From the NCBI GenBank assembly GCA_951406725.2, contig OX597818.1, positions 91,760,001 through 91,824,000 of the forward strand: DNA of 64,000 nt, read 5' to 3'. Below, one piece after another: positions 27,318-40,929 of this stretch (positions are counted from its first letter, which is position 1; every line of letters begins with the position of its first letter). The translations under genes were made by a program, and so were the position numbers. This DNA comes from Octopus vulgaris (taxonomy: Eukaryota). The notes under the pieces were generated by a model. The model had not been told where the DNA came from. It searched no databases and saw only the letters and a program-made list of their open reading frames with translations.

Positions 27318-27852
27318 AATGAGAGAGCAGTGCATGCCATCAATGTGACACTGGGGTAAAGTATACAAAGCCCATTATATCCATCATGACTACCCGTCTG
27401 ATAAGGGCACAATAGGCACATGCATTACAACCAAATGTATGCGACGAGGTGATTTCATATCAAGATAAACAGCACATGATCTTGCAGGTGGGACCCAGTT
27501 AGAATTTCCTTCAGCTTGAGTAGCCTATCCCGCTCACAACGTCCCTGAATAAAGGTTGTTTAAGGATGTTGAATGAAACACCCATGTTTCCAGAGGTGAA
27601 TTATCCACAAAATTTCTTTCAACCCATGCCTTTGTTGTTCCCCAAATACTTCTGTTCATGACCAGAGATGCACATATCGTCAGCCACTAAGGGATATACT
27701 CAACCGCTTAAGGTCAATGAACAAACATTCAAGTCTGAGGTATTGAGTAGAATATTTTTTGTAGTGCATCTTTTATACCAAGACAAATCAATGTACATGA
27801 TAACACTTCCAGTCAGTTAAGATCAGAAGCCGTGAGAGCCACTGTATCAGGG

Positions 27853-27853
<1 letters not shown>
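27317..27853. mobile_element. ~540-bp non-coding insert embedded in (TTA)n/(TAG)n in gene B intron 5
   Basis: Complex sequence sharply bounded on both sides by trinucleotide repeats; no ORF; interspersed status not shown within this window. Confidence 0.45.
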
Positions 27854-27921
<68 letters not shown>

Positions 27922-28147
27922 CATTAGAGCAGATTTCGGAAGTTATTTGATTTATATTGCTCACAATAGAGTCAATCTTTAAAAGCTCACATCCAAAACT
28001 TCAACTAAGTAGATTACACACCTTCAGGTGTATAGTTTTTCTTTCTGTCTGAATATGAAAATCTCATTTGAAGTGATGGATGTTGTATTGGGTATATAGT
28101 TATAAATCAGGTGAGTTAAACTTTGGTACAAAAGAGCTAACACTTAC

Positions 28148-28255
28148 CTGGTCACCCATGAAATATTGGCTACCACCGCTGTACATTTCCAAAGTCCTCT
28201 CCATGAATGGCAGGATTCTGCGGCAAGTCTCTTGGAATCGCATACGCTTATCAGA
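28148..28255 (-). CDS. S-crystallin gene B, exon 5 ([36 protein letters not shown])
   Basis: TTTAG acceptor and GTAAGT donor; 108 nt; matches gene C exon 5. Confidence 0.96.
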
Positions 28256-28744
28256 CTAAAATTTCAAAAAAATGATATCGTATTTACTGTGAAATAATTA
28301 CACTCTGGACAATATCATTCTATAATAAGCGATATTATTTTCTATGTTTCCTGTCATAACTTCAAGAGGATCATGTGAGATCCCTATATCTTCGGAGGAT
28401 ATTTCTATTGTGCTTTATATTCCCGAGTTCCCAAGGAGTGATATTTGAATAGAGAAGTGAAGGAACGCTAGAAAATTGTAACATTTTGCATGAACACGTG
28501 TTCGTGCGAGATTTGTGTAGGACACAATTGATTCAAGTTTTTCCATTGCTATCTAAAACTATAACTGAAATGAATGCAACTACATAGGGAAGGTTATTTT
28601 GTTAAACACTTTACCCTTTCAGCCAATATCTCACCATTTAGCAGTATTTTACTATATCTGAGACGAGATCACATGTTTGTAGGAGAGATAAATAATTCCA
28701 TTCAATAACACCAAGTATAACTTTCTATCATTTTAAATGATTGT

Positions 28745-29035
28745 TGTTGTTGTTGTTTTGTTTGTTCCTTCTCGAGCCACGCCTGGCTCATAGGGCCGTA
28801 CAGATTCCCCACCTGGTCGAGACGCCGGTCCGTCGCAGGTGAGCTGCAAGATGCAGGAGGAAAGAGTGACAGAAAGTTGTAGCGAAAGAGTCAGTAGAAA
28901 TTCACCATTACCTTCTGCCGGTGCCGCGTGGATCTAAGGTGCTTTGCTCATAAACACACACATCGCCCGGTCTGAGATTCGAACCCGCGATCCCGCGACT
29001 GGGAGTCCACTGCTCTTACCACTAGGCCATGTGGC
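28745..29035 (-). mobile_element. tRNA-derived SINE variant with (CAA)n tail in gene B intron 4
   Basis: Head ACATGGCCTAGTGGTAAGAGC...GGGTTCGAATCTC; linker shared with family 1; different 3' body. Confidence 0.7.
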
Positions 29036-29706
29036 ATTTACAAATACTTTTAATCTCTTTCTTGTGATAAAAAAATATTAATCAGGAAAGATTTCGTTAG
29101 ATCGAAATTTTCCCTGGTTGATTTAGCCAACTTTTTTAATAAAGAACTGACACCTAAACTTATTTCATAGATTCTGCTGGGGATTCACATTCTCTCAGAA
29201 AAATCTTTAAAATTCTTCTTTTTTAGAGAAAATAAAGGTTGTCTTAATTTTTACATGTGTAAATGTGTCTGAACTTTAACTGAAGTTAAATGTGTGTATC
29301 AATAAATCCTATCGGATCTAGCAATTCAAAGATTAAGAATACTGAAGATATTAAACGAAAAATACAGAGAAAATTTGATTATGTCTTTCTTTCGATGAGA
29401 CTACCTAAATTGATTAACTTACGGGAACAAATTACGTCTAAAATGCCTGAAAGAATGTTTAAATCTCCAAATTACATCTTAGTGCCCTCAAAAAAAAACA
29501 GGCAGGAAATAGTACTAAATATGTACTAAATATGCTGTATAAAAATACATGCTTTTTCTATCACATCCATCTATCTACCCGTACATACATGCATACATGC
29601 ATACATACATACATACATACATACATACATACATACATACATACATACATACATACATGCACGTATGGATATATACACACTCATTGGCAATCGATTGTCT
29701 ACTTAC

Positions 29707-29736
29707 AGAGCTGCTCATATCCCTGGATCGCTGGAA
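29707..29736 (-). CDS. S-crystallin gene B, exon 4 (FQRSRDMSSS)
   Basis: TTTTTCAG|TTCCAGCGATCCAGGGATATGAGCAGCTCT|GTAAGT; phase 0/0. Confidence 0.9.
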
Positions 29737-30834
29737 CTGAAAAATAAATTAAGAGAATCCTTTATGTTATATGTGATTACAGAAGAGTGTGTGTTATGAC
29801 ATAAATTAGAATATAGTTAGTATATGCTGTCATAACGTAATTGGGAATTATGTCTGTGCCATTAACTCTATCATATACATGAATATTTAATAAACTAAGA
29901 CAAGAGTATGCAACATATTTTGACGAGGGACAAATAAAGATGACCTGAGAGAAATGCCTTTTACATTGGGCAAGGCAAAGTTTCTAAAGCCTGATCTGAA
30001 TGGCATCAAATCATCCTGACAATATTTCTTGTTTGAGGAGAATGAAGTTACCGAAGCAAAATACTGACTATGACATAAAATATGCTTGTGAAACACTTAG
30101 TAAGGTCATATATTAAATTGCAACAGAAATACATTTTGGAATCTGACATGTTTGAGTACATACTATGAATAAGAGAAACTTAAATTTGATATAAACTAGA
30201 CATAATTATGTCATGTATTTCTTTCAGGTTTTAATTTAAGACTGATCTGTAGTATGGGTGATAGTTGAAGCAAGTCTTATTGTAAACTGCATTACAGCTC
30301 TGTAAATCGATTGTATGGAATCACAATCAAGTAAGTTACCAGTAGATCATTGTAATATAAGATTTGTATTACTCCCAGTAATATAAATTCATCATAAGCT
30401 GACTTAATTTGCTATTTGAAGTTAACTTGTTTTATATACAAGAATGATATTCCGAAAATTAAATATACACTTCTTCCTGTTCTGATTGTTCTCGTAATTC
30501 AAGAGTGGCAAATTTGCAGAATCGTTAGAACGTCGTGAAAAATTCTTAGGGTTATCTCTTCTAGCTTCTAACATTCTTAGTATAAATTCCACCGACTTCA
30601 ACTTTGCATTTCATCTTTTCTGGAGCTCCATACAAGTACTAGAATTGATGGCATCTGCCGACCTAAAAGTTTGTTACGGTCTCAGGGCCTTTAAATGTGC
30701 TGCTGTCTCAGACTTGCTGCAGTGTATTCAAATCAGAAACTATTTTCATTATAATCGAAAACTGAAGCTTATTCATTTAAGACACATACATGGTAATACG
30801 TTCATTCTCTCATTACCTGTTCTATCAGCTTATG

Positions 30835-31063
30835 CCAGATTGGTCAAAAGTCACCCGACAGTAAATCAACTTTCCATAAATACTATTTGTTATTCTGTAT
30901 TGAGGCGAATGAAAAAATGTGTCGCTCAAGGACTTCAGTTTGAACTATTTTCATGAGGTTTCATATTTAGATGCTTTTATTAAATTCATTCAGTTTTTAA
31001 ACGTTAATATAACTTGGAATTCAATAGTTTGATTTACTGTCAGGTGACTTTTGGCCAACCCTG
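30835..31063. mobile_element. Tc1/mariner-type MITE in gene B intron 3
   Basis: ~34-bp imperfect TIRs (TTGGTCAAAAGTCACCCGACAGTAAATCAA / TTGATTTACTGTCAGGTGACTTTTGGCCAACCCTG); TA at the right flank. Confidence 0.75.
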
Positions 31064-31078
31064 TATATACAAATGTGT

Positions 31079-31135
<57 letters not shown>

Positions 31136-31345
31136 TGTGTGTGTGAGTGTGTTCGTGTGTGTGTGCGTGTGAAAAACATTCGAAAGTGAAAAAGATCTTT
31201 ATTCGAACATTGGCACTTGAGATATTGGATGAATCTAAAAATATTAGCATGTAAATATTGGGACACGACTCACCATGCTTTTATAGTTTTAATTTCTTTA
31301 AGGATATAAGAGTAATTAATAGTCGATGATTAACTTATCACTTAC

Positions 31346-31461
31346 CATCATTCTGCAGTTACCATCCTGGTACATTCTCATGTAGTCGTCCAAGATGTCA
31401 TAGAAGCAGTCTGAGATGAAGTCAACTCTGGCCATCTCCATGTTGTTTCTGCCATGGAAAC
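31346..31461 (-). CDS. S-crystallin gene B, exon 3 ([39 protein letters not shown])
   Basis: AACTAG acceptor and GTAAGT donor; 116 nt. Confidence 0.96.
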
Positions 31462-32020
31462 CTAGTTACACAAGAAAAGAGTAGCAAGGAAATATAACTC
31501 GAAATGAACCTGATTCTTCAATGAAATACAAATTGACCTTTACATAGAATACATATAGGATTAGGTAGAGTATCTGACATTAAACAATTTATCACCATCA
31601 ACTGGATTTAACTCTACAGGGTTGTAGACTATATGCTGCATATAATCTTATAAAGAAATGAAAATAAAGTTAAATATATATTAACTATCCCACCATTTCA
31701 TTTGACCCCACTATTTTCTAATGCTACTCTCTAAATTATAGTAGGCTTTAGATATACGTTTTTCTCTAAATTCATTCATCCACAGATATAGCTGAAGGAA
31801 ACAACGTAATTACTTTGGTTTCTTGTACTGATGAATATTATGCTAAAGAATGGTTTATCCTTCATACTGGAAATCTTTAGGGTCGTCTGCCCTGAGGAGA
31901 GTGGTTTCCTTCAAATTGATCTAATGCTTTCATTGATCGATTAAATGGAGCTACTTGAAACGGTCAAAATGCATTTATAATTGGACATCCTTTGTACTTA
32001 TTTGCTTTATATATATATAT

Positions 32021-32228
32021 AGTTAATCCAAACATAAAAAACACCAAGAGAAAACACAACAACGCGATGACGTGGAACAAATATAGTATTATTGGATGCT
32101 CAGGAAGGAAGGGAAGAAGTAGGGTTTTACGTTTCGAGCGGAGCTCTTCGTCAGAAACATAGGAAAAGGAAAGATCCAGAGAAGGGAAATCGGAGGGAAA
32201 AAATCACCAACGGTACACACGCGGTCAT
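32021..32228 (-). mobile_element. ~205-bp hammerhead-bearing PLE-type element in gene B intron 2 (second copy 40612-40818)
   Basis: Two closely similar copies, both abutting (TA)n; each has a CTGACGA...GAAACGTH motif on the minus strand. Confidence 0.8.
32124..32158 (-). ncRNA. Minimal type I hammerhead ribozyme (PLE type)
   Basis: GTTT-CTGACGA-A-GAGC-TCC-GCTC-GAAAC-GTA-AAAC; intact core, 4-bp stems I and II, palindromic ACGT stem III. Confidence 0.75.
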
Positions 32229-32899
32229 ATTGAGGACCACATTACACAGCTAACTGTACCATTGTCTATCCAAACATCCAGGAAGGATATTAGCTCAACT
32301 TCATTCTGTAGTTTGAGTTAATATATTAACGGAGAAGTATGTCTTTAATGGCTTCTTGAATTAAACTTTGATAAAGTTTCTACGTTAAGATAAGTATACA
32401 ACATTATGTATGTATGTATGTATGCATGTATGTATGTATGTATGTATGTTTGTATGTATGTATATATGTATGTATGTATTATGTTACTACGGCACTGTCC
32501 GTTACGACAGCGCGGGTTCCAGTTGATCCAACCAGCGGAACAGCCTGCTCATGAAATTAGCATGCAAGTGGCTGAGCAGTCCACAAACACGTGTACCCTT
32601 AACGTAGATCTCGGGTAGATTCCGCGTGACACAAAAGTGTGACAAGGCTGGCCCTTTGAAATATAGGTACAACCGAATCAGGAAGAAAGAGTGAGAGAAA
32701 GTTGTGGTGAAAGAGCACAGCAGGGTGTTCGCCACCCCGCTTGCCAGAGCCTCGTTGAGCTTTAAGTGATTTCGCTCAGTAAACACTCACAACGCCCGAT
32801 CAGGTAATCGAAACTGCAATCCTATGACCGCGAGTCCGCTGCCCTAACCACTGAGCCATTGCACCTCCACGTATATACGTATATGCATACAGACAGATT

Positions 32900-32978
<79 letters not shown>

Positions 32979-33162
32979 CAAATGAGAGAAACAGAAGCAG
33001 GCAGTTTGAAACTTAGAAACAGAAAGATTGAAATAGTTGGAGACAAAGTAAATAATACTTCTCGTCAAAGATGTGTGGATATAATTGATAACTGAAATTA
33101 TTGGTATAGAGACAGACAAGAGAAAAAGAGAGTAATATGTTAAAAGATGTGAGTAGACTTAC

Positions 33163-33258
33163 CGAATTCCCTGGCCAAATATCTGGCCATAGCCATACTC
33201 TGGGGAATTTGAGTTCTGTTGTCCAATTCCAACATTGGCATCATGTGACATGGCATCT
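33163..33258 (-). CDS. S-crystallin gene B, exon 2 ([32 protein letters not shown])
   Basis: TTTTTCAG acceptor and GTAAGT donor; 96 nt. Confidence 0.96.
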
Positions 33259-33543
33259 CTGAAAAAGTTAAGAAATAGAATATCAACCACAACTTGAAGC
33301 TCCTGAAAAATCCTAATTGAAAACGTGATGAAACGTCAAACCATTTCTGCTGAAGAAATGATATCCACTAACAAACATAACGATAGGTTTAATTACCACG
33401 TTAGCTTCTAAATGTGAGTGTGAGTGTGGGTGTGCGCGCGTGCTTGTGTGTATATAAGTATATATATGTATGTATGTATATTTATATATATATATATAAA
33501 TTAAATAATAAGGGTAGAAATTGATATTCAGCAATTAAAATCA

Positions 33544-33587
<44 letters not shown>

Positions 33588-33696
33588 TCATATACGTTTA
33601 TCAATCTGTGTTGCAAGATATCTGATGTAAAACCGTGTGTTGAAACAGATGCTGTATTTCGGGATGGTCAAATATATAGTGTGTCTTTATTTGGCA

Positions 33697-33841
<145 letters not shown>

Positions 33842-34035
33842 TATAGATATATAGATAACCACGGAGAGAGAGGGAGAAGAAGAGAGAGTGAGTTAGAAAC
33901 TGAGAGAGAAAAATGCATGATTTGTACATATATGCATAATATATACATACATGCCTACATATCTATATACATATGTGCGTGTATGTATATATACGTATAT
34001 AAGATATATATGTAGATAGACAAACAGACAGACAC

Positions 34036-34082
<47 letters not shown>

Positions 34083-34669
34083 TGTATTTATGTCTTTTTG
34101 TGTAAATATGTGTGTGTATGTGTATGATTAATATTTATCAGGTTTTACTGATATTAATGCTTTATTATGAGAATATGATACGGAACTGTTTGCTGAATTT
34201 ACATTAATTTATTCCCCCTCCGCTAACATCACCTATCTCTTCATATATATAACGCAGATGACGAAATAACATCAGCTGGATTAAAAGTAGAGCGCGAGGT
34301 GTAAATCAGTGAACGGTCTATTTGTTTGACAACACTTAACGCTCAAGTTACATAGTCACATAGTAAGCATTAAATGTGTACGATGCAGCAGTAAGCATAC
34401 AGTGCGAAGTGCTGGTATAGTATAATTAACGGTAGTTTGCTAAGCTGACTGCTCAAAACGCAAGTACCCTCTTGGTATTTGATAAGAGAATAATTGTCAC
34501 TAACTTGACAACATCTATTTAATGTAAATGAACAAACGATTTTAAGTAAATCTCTGTTCAAACCAAATTTTGCAACGGAAATCATTGCAACTGGGATGTC
34601 TTTATAACTGGTTCACATCTAGAATACTTCACACTCACACACAGACACACACACTTATATGCGCACATA

Positions 34670-34710
<41 letters not shown>

Positions 34711-34714
34711 CACT

Positions 34715-34803
<89 letters not shown>

Positions 34804-35689
34804 GTATATATGTATTTACATGTTTGTGTATTAGAACACCAGCCGAAATGCTTTTCGGTATTTGTTCTGTTTCTCTTCAAATGCCATTGTGTCATTTTTG
34901 GGTAGTAGACTTAACCTCTATATCATGTCGCACTTTGATTATCTATAACAGACATCATTCTCTTATGAGTATTCATACCTGACTCACATTTCGATTTATA
35001 TTTTTGCCCTTTTACTTTTGTCATAGATCGTCAATTCATTGACAACAACTATATCACTTACTGTTGAGGTATCATTATTAATTTTAAACTAAAACCTCCA
35101 AGTTGGCAGAATCTTTAGCACGCTTCGGAGTTCAGATGCCGCTGAGGTCGAGCTTGTAGTTCATCCTTTCGAGGTCGATTAAATAAGTAAGTACAAGTCG
35201 AGTACTGGGATCGATGAAATCAACTGGACCCTACCCTCAAAACCGCCGGTTTCATGCCAAAAGTTATGAAGAATTATTAAAGTTAAATTGTTTATTTTAT
35301 GGTAGTGGTAGTGGTGGTGCTTACAACAGATCTTCGTTGTGGTTCATTTAGACTTTCATCTCTAGTGGTATTGTTAAAATACATCTACGTTGGTAGGGAG
35401 AGTGTCTTTTTTGATGCTCTTTAACTATTTTTAGAAGACTCTTGTGTATAAATATTTTAGCTTATGGTTTAGCTTTGCCATCATAACATCTAGTATTTCG
35501 ATGGGAAGCATACCCCGATTGGGGAGGGAGCAAAATATTTGATACTAACTTAAATTGCTGCGCAGTAGTGAGGGTTAAAAGTACCCTCAAATAGAGTACA
35601 AAATTTATGCAATAGAATTCATGCTCCCCTTAAGAACTACAATAATATAACTACATGATATTTTAATTTTACATATTTGAATGTCGAGG

Positions 35690-36380
35690 TGCATAGAATG
35701 GGTTGGTAGTGTATAAAAGAATGCTTCGTGGTTTCACATCAGAATAAAACGCTTCGTGCTTTCATATTGGAAAGTGAAGACGATTTGATAGCTCACTATA
35801 CAAAAAAATTTTGTGTGAAATAGAGCTAAAAACCTACAGAAACTAATGAAATGCTCCAGATTGCTAACGAAAAAACTTGTAAGAGGCAAGCATTTGTTTA
35901 GCGCTGGAACAAGAGTCCAGGCAAACAAGTCCATCAGAAAGCTCATGGTGATCCTCTTCTTCGACCCTCTAGCAAGACAGTCTTCAAAGAGTACTTTGTG
36001 GAGGTTTCGAGGGGTTTCAGGAAGAGATTTCGTCGCAAAGGTCCATAGCACCCGCACCAGGACAATGCAGGTGCTTGGCCCTTTGGCACTTGCATTCCTC
36101 CTGATAAGCAACTACTTGACAGAGATGAACATCAAACTGCCTCCTACTCTCCCTACAGTTCAGACCTTGCTCCCTGTGACTTTTAGTTGTTCCCTAAGCT
36201 GAAGGAAAATATGAAAGACCCTGTGACAAGGATCCTGGATTCTATGGAGGATTCAGGTTGTAGCTAGTGACATTGACGTCAGAGCATCCTACGTTGAAGG
36301 TGCCTAAAGTTTTGTATTTCTTTGAAATTAATAAATATCTCTCCTGCAAAACTATAAAAAACATCTGGAATGCACCTTGT
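35690..36380 (+). mobile_element. Mariner transposase remnant in gene B intron 1
   Basis: HQDNA near 36055 and PYSSDLAPCDF*LFPKLK at ~36150-36205 (YSPDLAPxDF motif); stops and frameshifts. Confidence 0.75.
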
Positions 36381-37745
36381 ATAGTTTATTTACATTCGTT
36401 AAAGAAACTAACCGCTAAGAGAAATCCGTTGGGACATATATGTTTCATGGTCTACTGACGTTGACAAATACTAAGGGATGTTTATCACCACTTTTTTCTG
36501 AAAGAAGGATTTCAGCAATCAAAATCTTAATAAAATTCGAAGATAATAAAATAGTATCTAATTAAGCCTCCATGAAAATTTTGTGTTCACTCTGGAGGTG
36601 TATTGTTATAACTGGAATTATGTTTGACATACGACGCAATACAGTGTATGATTCAAACCTCGCGCTTTGAGTGAATAAATATTCGTCCACTTCACAGTGA
36701 TACTGTAACGTTGCTAACTGCAACACCCTATGGTATAAGGGTTATGAAAACCGCTCAATAATGGGAGCAGTATTCTAGCCAGACAGTTCACGTAAAAAGC
36801 GTTATACGCTACACAGTTGAGATTGTAATATTCTTACTTTCAAAATCTTGACACAAGACTAGTAATTACAGACAAAGCATAATTCGATTGCTTGACTGAT
36901 ACTTAATTTAATCGACTTCGAAAGGATGAAAGGGAAAGTTGACTTTAGCGGGATTTAAACTCAGAATGTGAGAGGTCGGAGAAAATACCACTGACTATTT
37001 TTCTACGACAGAGTTAAGCCAGCTTTCCGCATTTGTTGAAATTTCAATGTCGTTGGCCGGTTGTGAAACATTGACCGAGTAATCGATTTAATTGAATGCA
37101 GTAATTATTTCATGAATAATATAACAATAGCGACATCGTCGACAACGACCAGGAAAACGCCTAATATTTTAGAGCTTACAGTAACCTGAATCTGCGATAT
37201 TTATGTCTTTTGAAGATTTATTAGCCATGAAAGTAAATAATGGAAATCTTGATTTGGGCTGAAATCGAAAAGTTATCTAGATTTGCTTTAAGCTGTTTGT
37301 TACAGAAATTGTAATAAAGGCGCCTTTGGCCTAAGTTTGCAAGAAGCAATTAAGCAGTATGCGTTTTTTAAAACCTAAATCGTTCTAGATTTAGTGTTTA
37401 CTAGAGGGACCTCGTCTACATATATTACAAATAATATTCAGTACGCATACATGCACTGATATATTGGACGTCTCTCTAGTAACGGAAGAATTTACAAAAT
37501 TGCTGTCTCTTGAAAAATGACAAATACACTCATAAAATACTCGATGCTACCATTGTTTACACTGTTGAAATATTCCTCCATGAAGCATGTACATAGAGCT
37601 GAGTGACAGTGCTGTTTCGGTGCGACACTTGAAAACGGAGTACATTGCTGGCAAGAGAACGAGTTGTATCAATTGTTAGCTGACTTTCTATCACCGTATG
37701 GTAAATAAAAAACGTTAAGAAAAGAAAGAAATACATGTTACATAC

Positions 37746-37878
37746 TGTTTCTCATGCTGTCCCATTCGGAAGATTCGATTCTGCGGTCATTGTACTGGAC
37801 ACCAGCAGCTGCGAACAGCATACGGCAGATCTCAGCACGGCCACGGTGGTTGAAGTAGTGGAGTGTGTAGGAAGGCAT
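37746..37878 (-). CDS. S-crystallin gene B, exon 1 ([44 protein letters not shown])
   Basis: ATG at 37878; GTATGT donor; 133 nt; not in the ORF track, found by similarity to gene A exon 1. Confidence 0.97.
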
Positions 37879-37990
37879 GATTGATGTTGGTTTTTAGTGT
37901 TAATCGACACTGGAACGACCAGAGAAATTGGAGGTGAAGAGTCTTGTTGCTTGAGAACCGGACTGTTGCTTGCTCGTTTAAAACCTGACG

Positions 37991-38036
37991 TTTATATAGC
38001 TGAAGTGAGATGATTACATGCGATGACTAAATGTCC
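37991..38036 (-). promoter_or_regulatory. Gene B TATA box and conserved upstream element
   Basis: CTATATAAA at 37991-37999; GGACATTTAGTCATCGCATGTAATCA at 38011-38036, including AP-1-like TGACTAA. Confidence 0.7.
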
Positions 38037-38719
38037 TAATGTTACATGTATTATCATTATCGTTGAATAAAGAATTTCTGATGATAGCTACAGAATTAAG
38101 TCATAATTATACCTGTAACAATAGCAGCTACATATAATGGTAGTTCTTTTCTTGTCATGGACATGATCAAATTGACTCCGTCTAATTCAATTTTAAACTT
38201 GTATCAATTTTCAAGCAAATTATAGTCTCCGGGTGCGTTTCTATTCCTTGATTCTTCCTTTCGACAAGGTAGTGTATTTAAAAATGAGAGTACGTTTAAA
38301 AAACAAAATTACCACTTTTGAAAATTCTGTCTCCATTCCTTATTTACGGTATAATTTTCTTGAAACAAAGATGTCATTTCCTTCTAATTGAATCTTTTGT
38401 CTGATCCAGGTCCCTCAGAATGCGCATATCAGTTAAAATCCTTTTTATAGGATTGTTGCGTATTTAGGATTATGCTGGATAATATATTTAATTAATCATT
38501 TCATTTTTTATTATTTCAAGTAACAAGCTTACAGTAGATTCGAGCTTTTGACCTATCTGTTACTGTTTTTAAACGTATCTTCTCGACCATATTACTCCTA
38601 CCATAGTTTCAGAAGGTTCCTTAAAACCGAGCCCTTTTTCCTACTACATTTATATTTGGAGAATAGTGAACATAACACAAACTAAGATAAATATTTACAG
38701 ATTAATATTTACAGATTAC

Positions 38720-39191
38720 TTAAGAACAAATTTTGGCCAGATGTAAGCCCTATACCAACGGCAGCGGAAGGTGCGGTCTATGCGACATGGAGAGATGGCT
38801 TATCTGGAAAAGCAGCTTAGACCCTACTACATGTCTAAATACAAGGACAGAACTTTTCGGATCATGCCCACATGTGACTAAATTTCTGTTACGTTTTTGG
38901 TCCCCTAAAGAAAACAGATAGAACATGCTTTCTATGTTATGTCCCAAAAAGATTTTATATATTTTTATATATTTTTTATGTATTTTTATATAATTTTTAT
39001 GACGAAAAATGCGAGCGATTTATAAGTACGCAGGCAAGCAGAGTTATAACACAGTAATTTCCCTTTATTTAACGGTATTTTTTCATAGCGTTTTCAAATA
39101 GCCAGATAACCGAAGAGGTGGTGTTGTGGATTTCCACTTCGGCATCTGAAACTCAGAGTTTTATCTTGACTACCGAGTAAAGTAACATATT

Positions 39192-39197
<6 letters not shown>
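38720..39197 (+). mobile_element. Penelope-like element 3' fragment (GIY-YIG C-terminus plus pLTR with hammerhead)
   Basis: CKPYTNGSGRCGLCDMERWLI...CLNTRTELFGSCPHVTKFLL fits the CxLCxxE...LNxRxE...CxHxxKF end of PLE endonucleases; terminates in (TA)n. Confidence 0.8.
39104..39166 (+). ncRNA. Hammerhead-like motif with variant core (CCGAAGA)
   Basis: AGATAA-CCGAAGA-GGTG...CATCT-GAAAC-TCAGA-GTT-TTATCT; 6-bp stem I; stem III ACTC/GAGT. Confidence 0.6.
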
Positions 39198-39273
<76 letters not shown>

Positions 39274-39409
39274 TGTATGTATGTATGTATAACTACAGAA
39301 GTATAAATTTAAAATGTTCTGGAAAGTATTCAATTATAAAAAGAAGGAGCCAATATAATCACTAAAAATGATATAGACCAATACAAATTTATATACTCAA
39401 ACGGTTGAC

Positions 39410-39810
39410 TTTAAGGTATGTAAATGTAAGCAGCCGAACTCCTAGGTTACTTATTGGATAGTCAAAATTAAAAATATTTTCTCCTGCAATTTGGACAACT
39501 TAATTTATATTAAGACATACACATATTGCTGAGAAAACTACATCGGACAAACAGGTACGACACTATAAGGAATGACGGTACACCGACAACATATCCGGGA
39601 AACAGAAAATACTCAGGTCTTACGCAGCTATTTTGTCTTCTATTTTTGCTTGTGTAGTGACTCAAACTTGAACAGCAACGGAACAATACAAAAATGTATG
39701 TTATTGACAAATACAAGCCAAAACTCAACACGTAATACTTCAGTTAATTCACACCACTGACGACTATATACGCAGAATCTTGTAAGCGATGATATTAATA
39801 AAAATTCTCA
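39410..39810 (+). mobile_element. Second, more decayed Penelope-like GIY-YIG fragment
   Basis: Translation KIKNIFSCNLDNLIYIKTYTYC*ENYIGQTGTTL, then MTVHRQHIR after a frameshift (LIY...YIGQT motif); residual CTGACGA at 39757. Confidence 0.65.
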
Positions 39811-40564
39811 CTAAATGATAACGAAGGTGTAGGGAATACCAATAACTAATCCAAGTGGAAAGAAACAGAAATATAGTTGTTTACTAGTGTATGCAAATGT
39901 CTTCCTAGTGTGACGTTCTGTGGATATATGCATACTGACAACACTGTTCTATACGTATAACTGGAAGCATTTATGTATATATGTGTACATATATGCATAT
40001 GTGGAAGTGTATGTATATAGCTCGATATGACATCAGCAGAAATATTAGCTACATTAACCCCACCGACAAAAATTGGGGTGACGCCTTCTAGGAATAAAAG
40101 GCATCATTCTTATAATAACAGAAATTGATTATTTTAGATAAGAAATGACGAAAAACACAAACAGAAAACAAAGCTATGTCCCTTGTTTTCGAAATGTCAT
40201 TAGTGTTATATCTATTTACTCATTATCCCCTAACTGGTTTTAAATATAGAAAAATTACTCAAGTTTTTAAGATGAAATCAGCGAAACTGTATAATAGTTA
40301 GTTAAATCAATTTTTTTCTTATACTACAAAAGTACCCTTTTAGCCGTAAAACACACACAAAAAGGTATACACAAAATCTTGCTTCTTTTCAGAATACTCG
40401 CAATGACGTGATTCCTGAATTCTGTCTTTCCTTCCTCCATTCTTTCTTATGAACATATATGTGATATATGTCAAACTCAACATATGACTACTTACACTAA
40501 TATTTAGGGTGTTTAGTCGAAATTTGACAGTTTGCATAAAAAGTAAAGACTGCAAAATATCACA

Positions 40565-40616
<52 letters not shown>

Positions 40617-40713
40617 ATCCAAACATGAAAACACCAAGAGAAAACACAACAACGCGAGGACGTGGAACAAATATAGTATTATTGGACGCTCAGAAAGGAA
40701 GGGAAGAAGGAGG

Positions 40714-40748
40714 GTTTAACGTTTCGAGCGAAGTTCTTCGTCAGAAAC
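40714..40748 (-). ncRNA. Minimal type I hammerhead ribozyme (second copy of the 32124 family)
   Basis: GTTT-CTGACGA-A-GAAC-TTC-GCTC-GAAAC-GTT-AAAC; one stem II mismatch. Confidence 0.65.
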
Positions 40749-40861
40749 ATAGCAAAAGGAAAAATCCAGAGAAGGCAAGACGGAGGAAAAAAATCGCCAA
40801 CGGTACACACGCGGTCACACACACACTCATACACACACACATACACACACATATACACACA

Positions 40862-40906
<45 letters not shown>

Positions 40907-40929
40907 TTATACATAAATTAAAATCTGAA

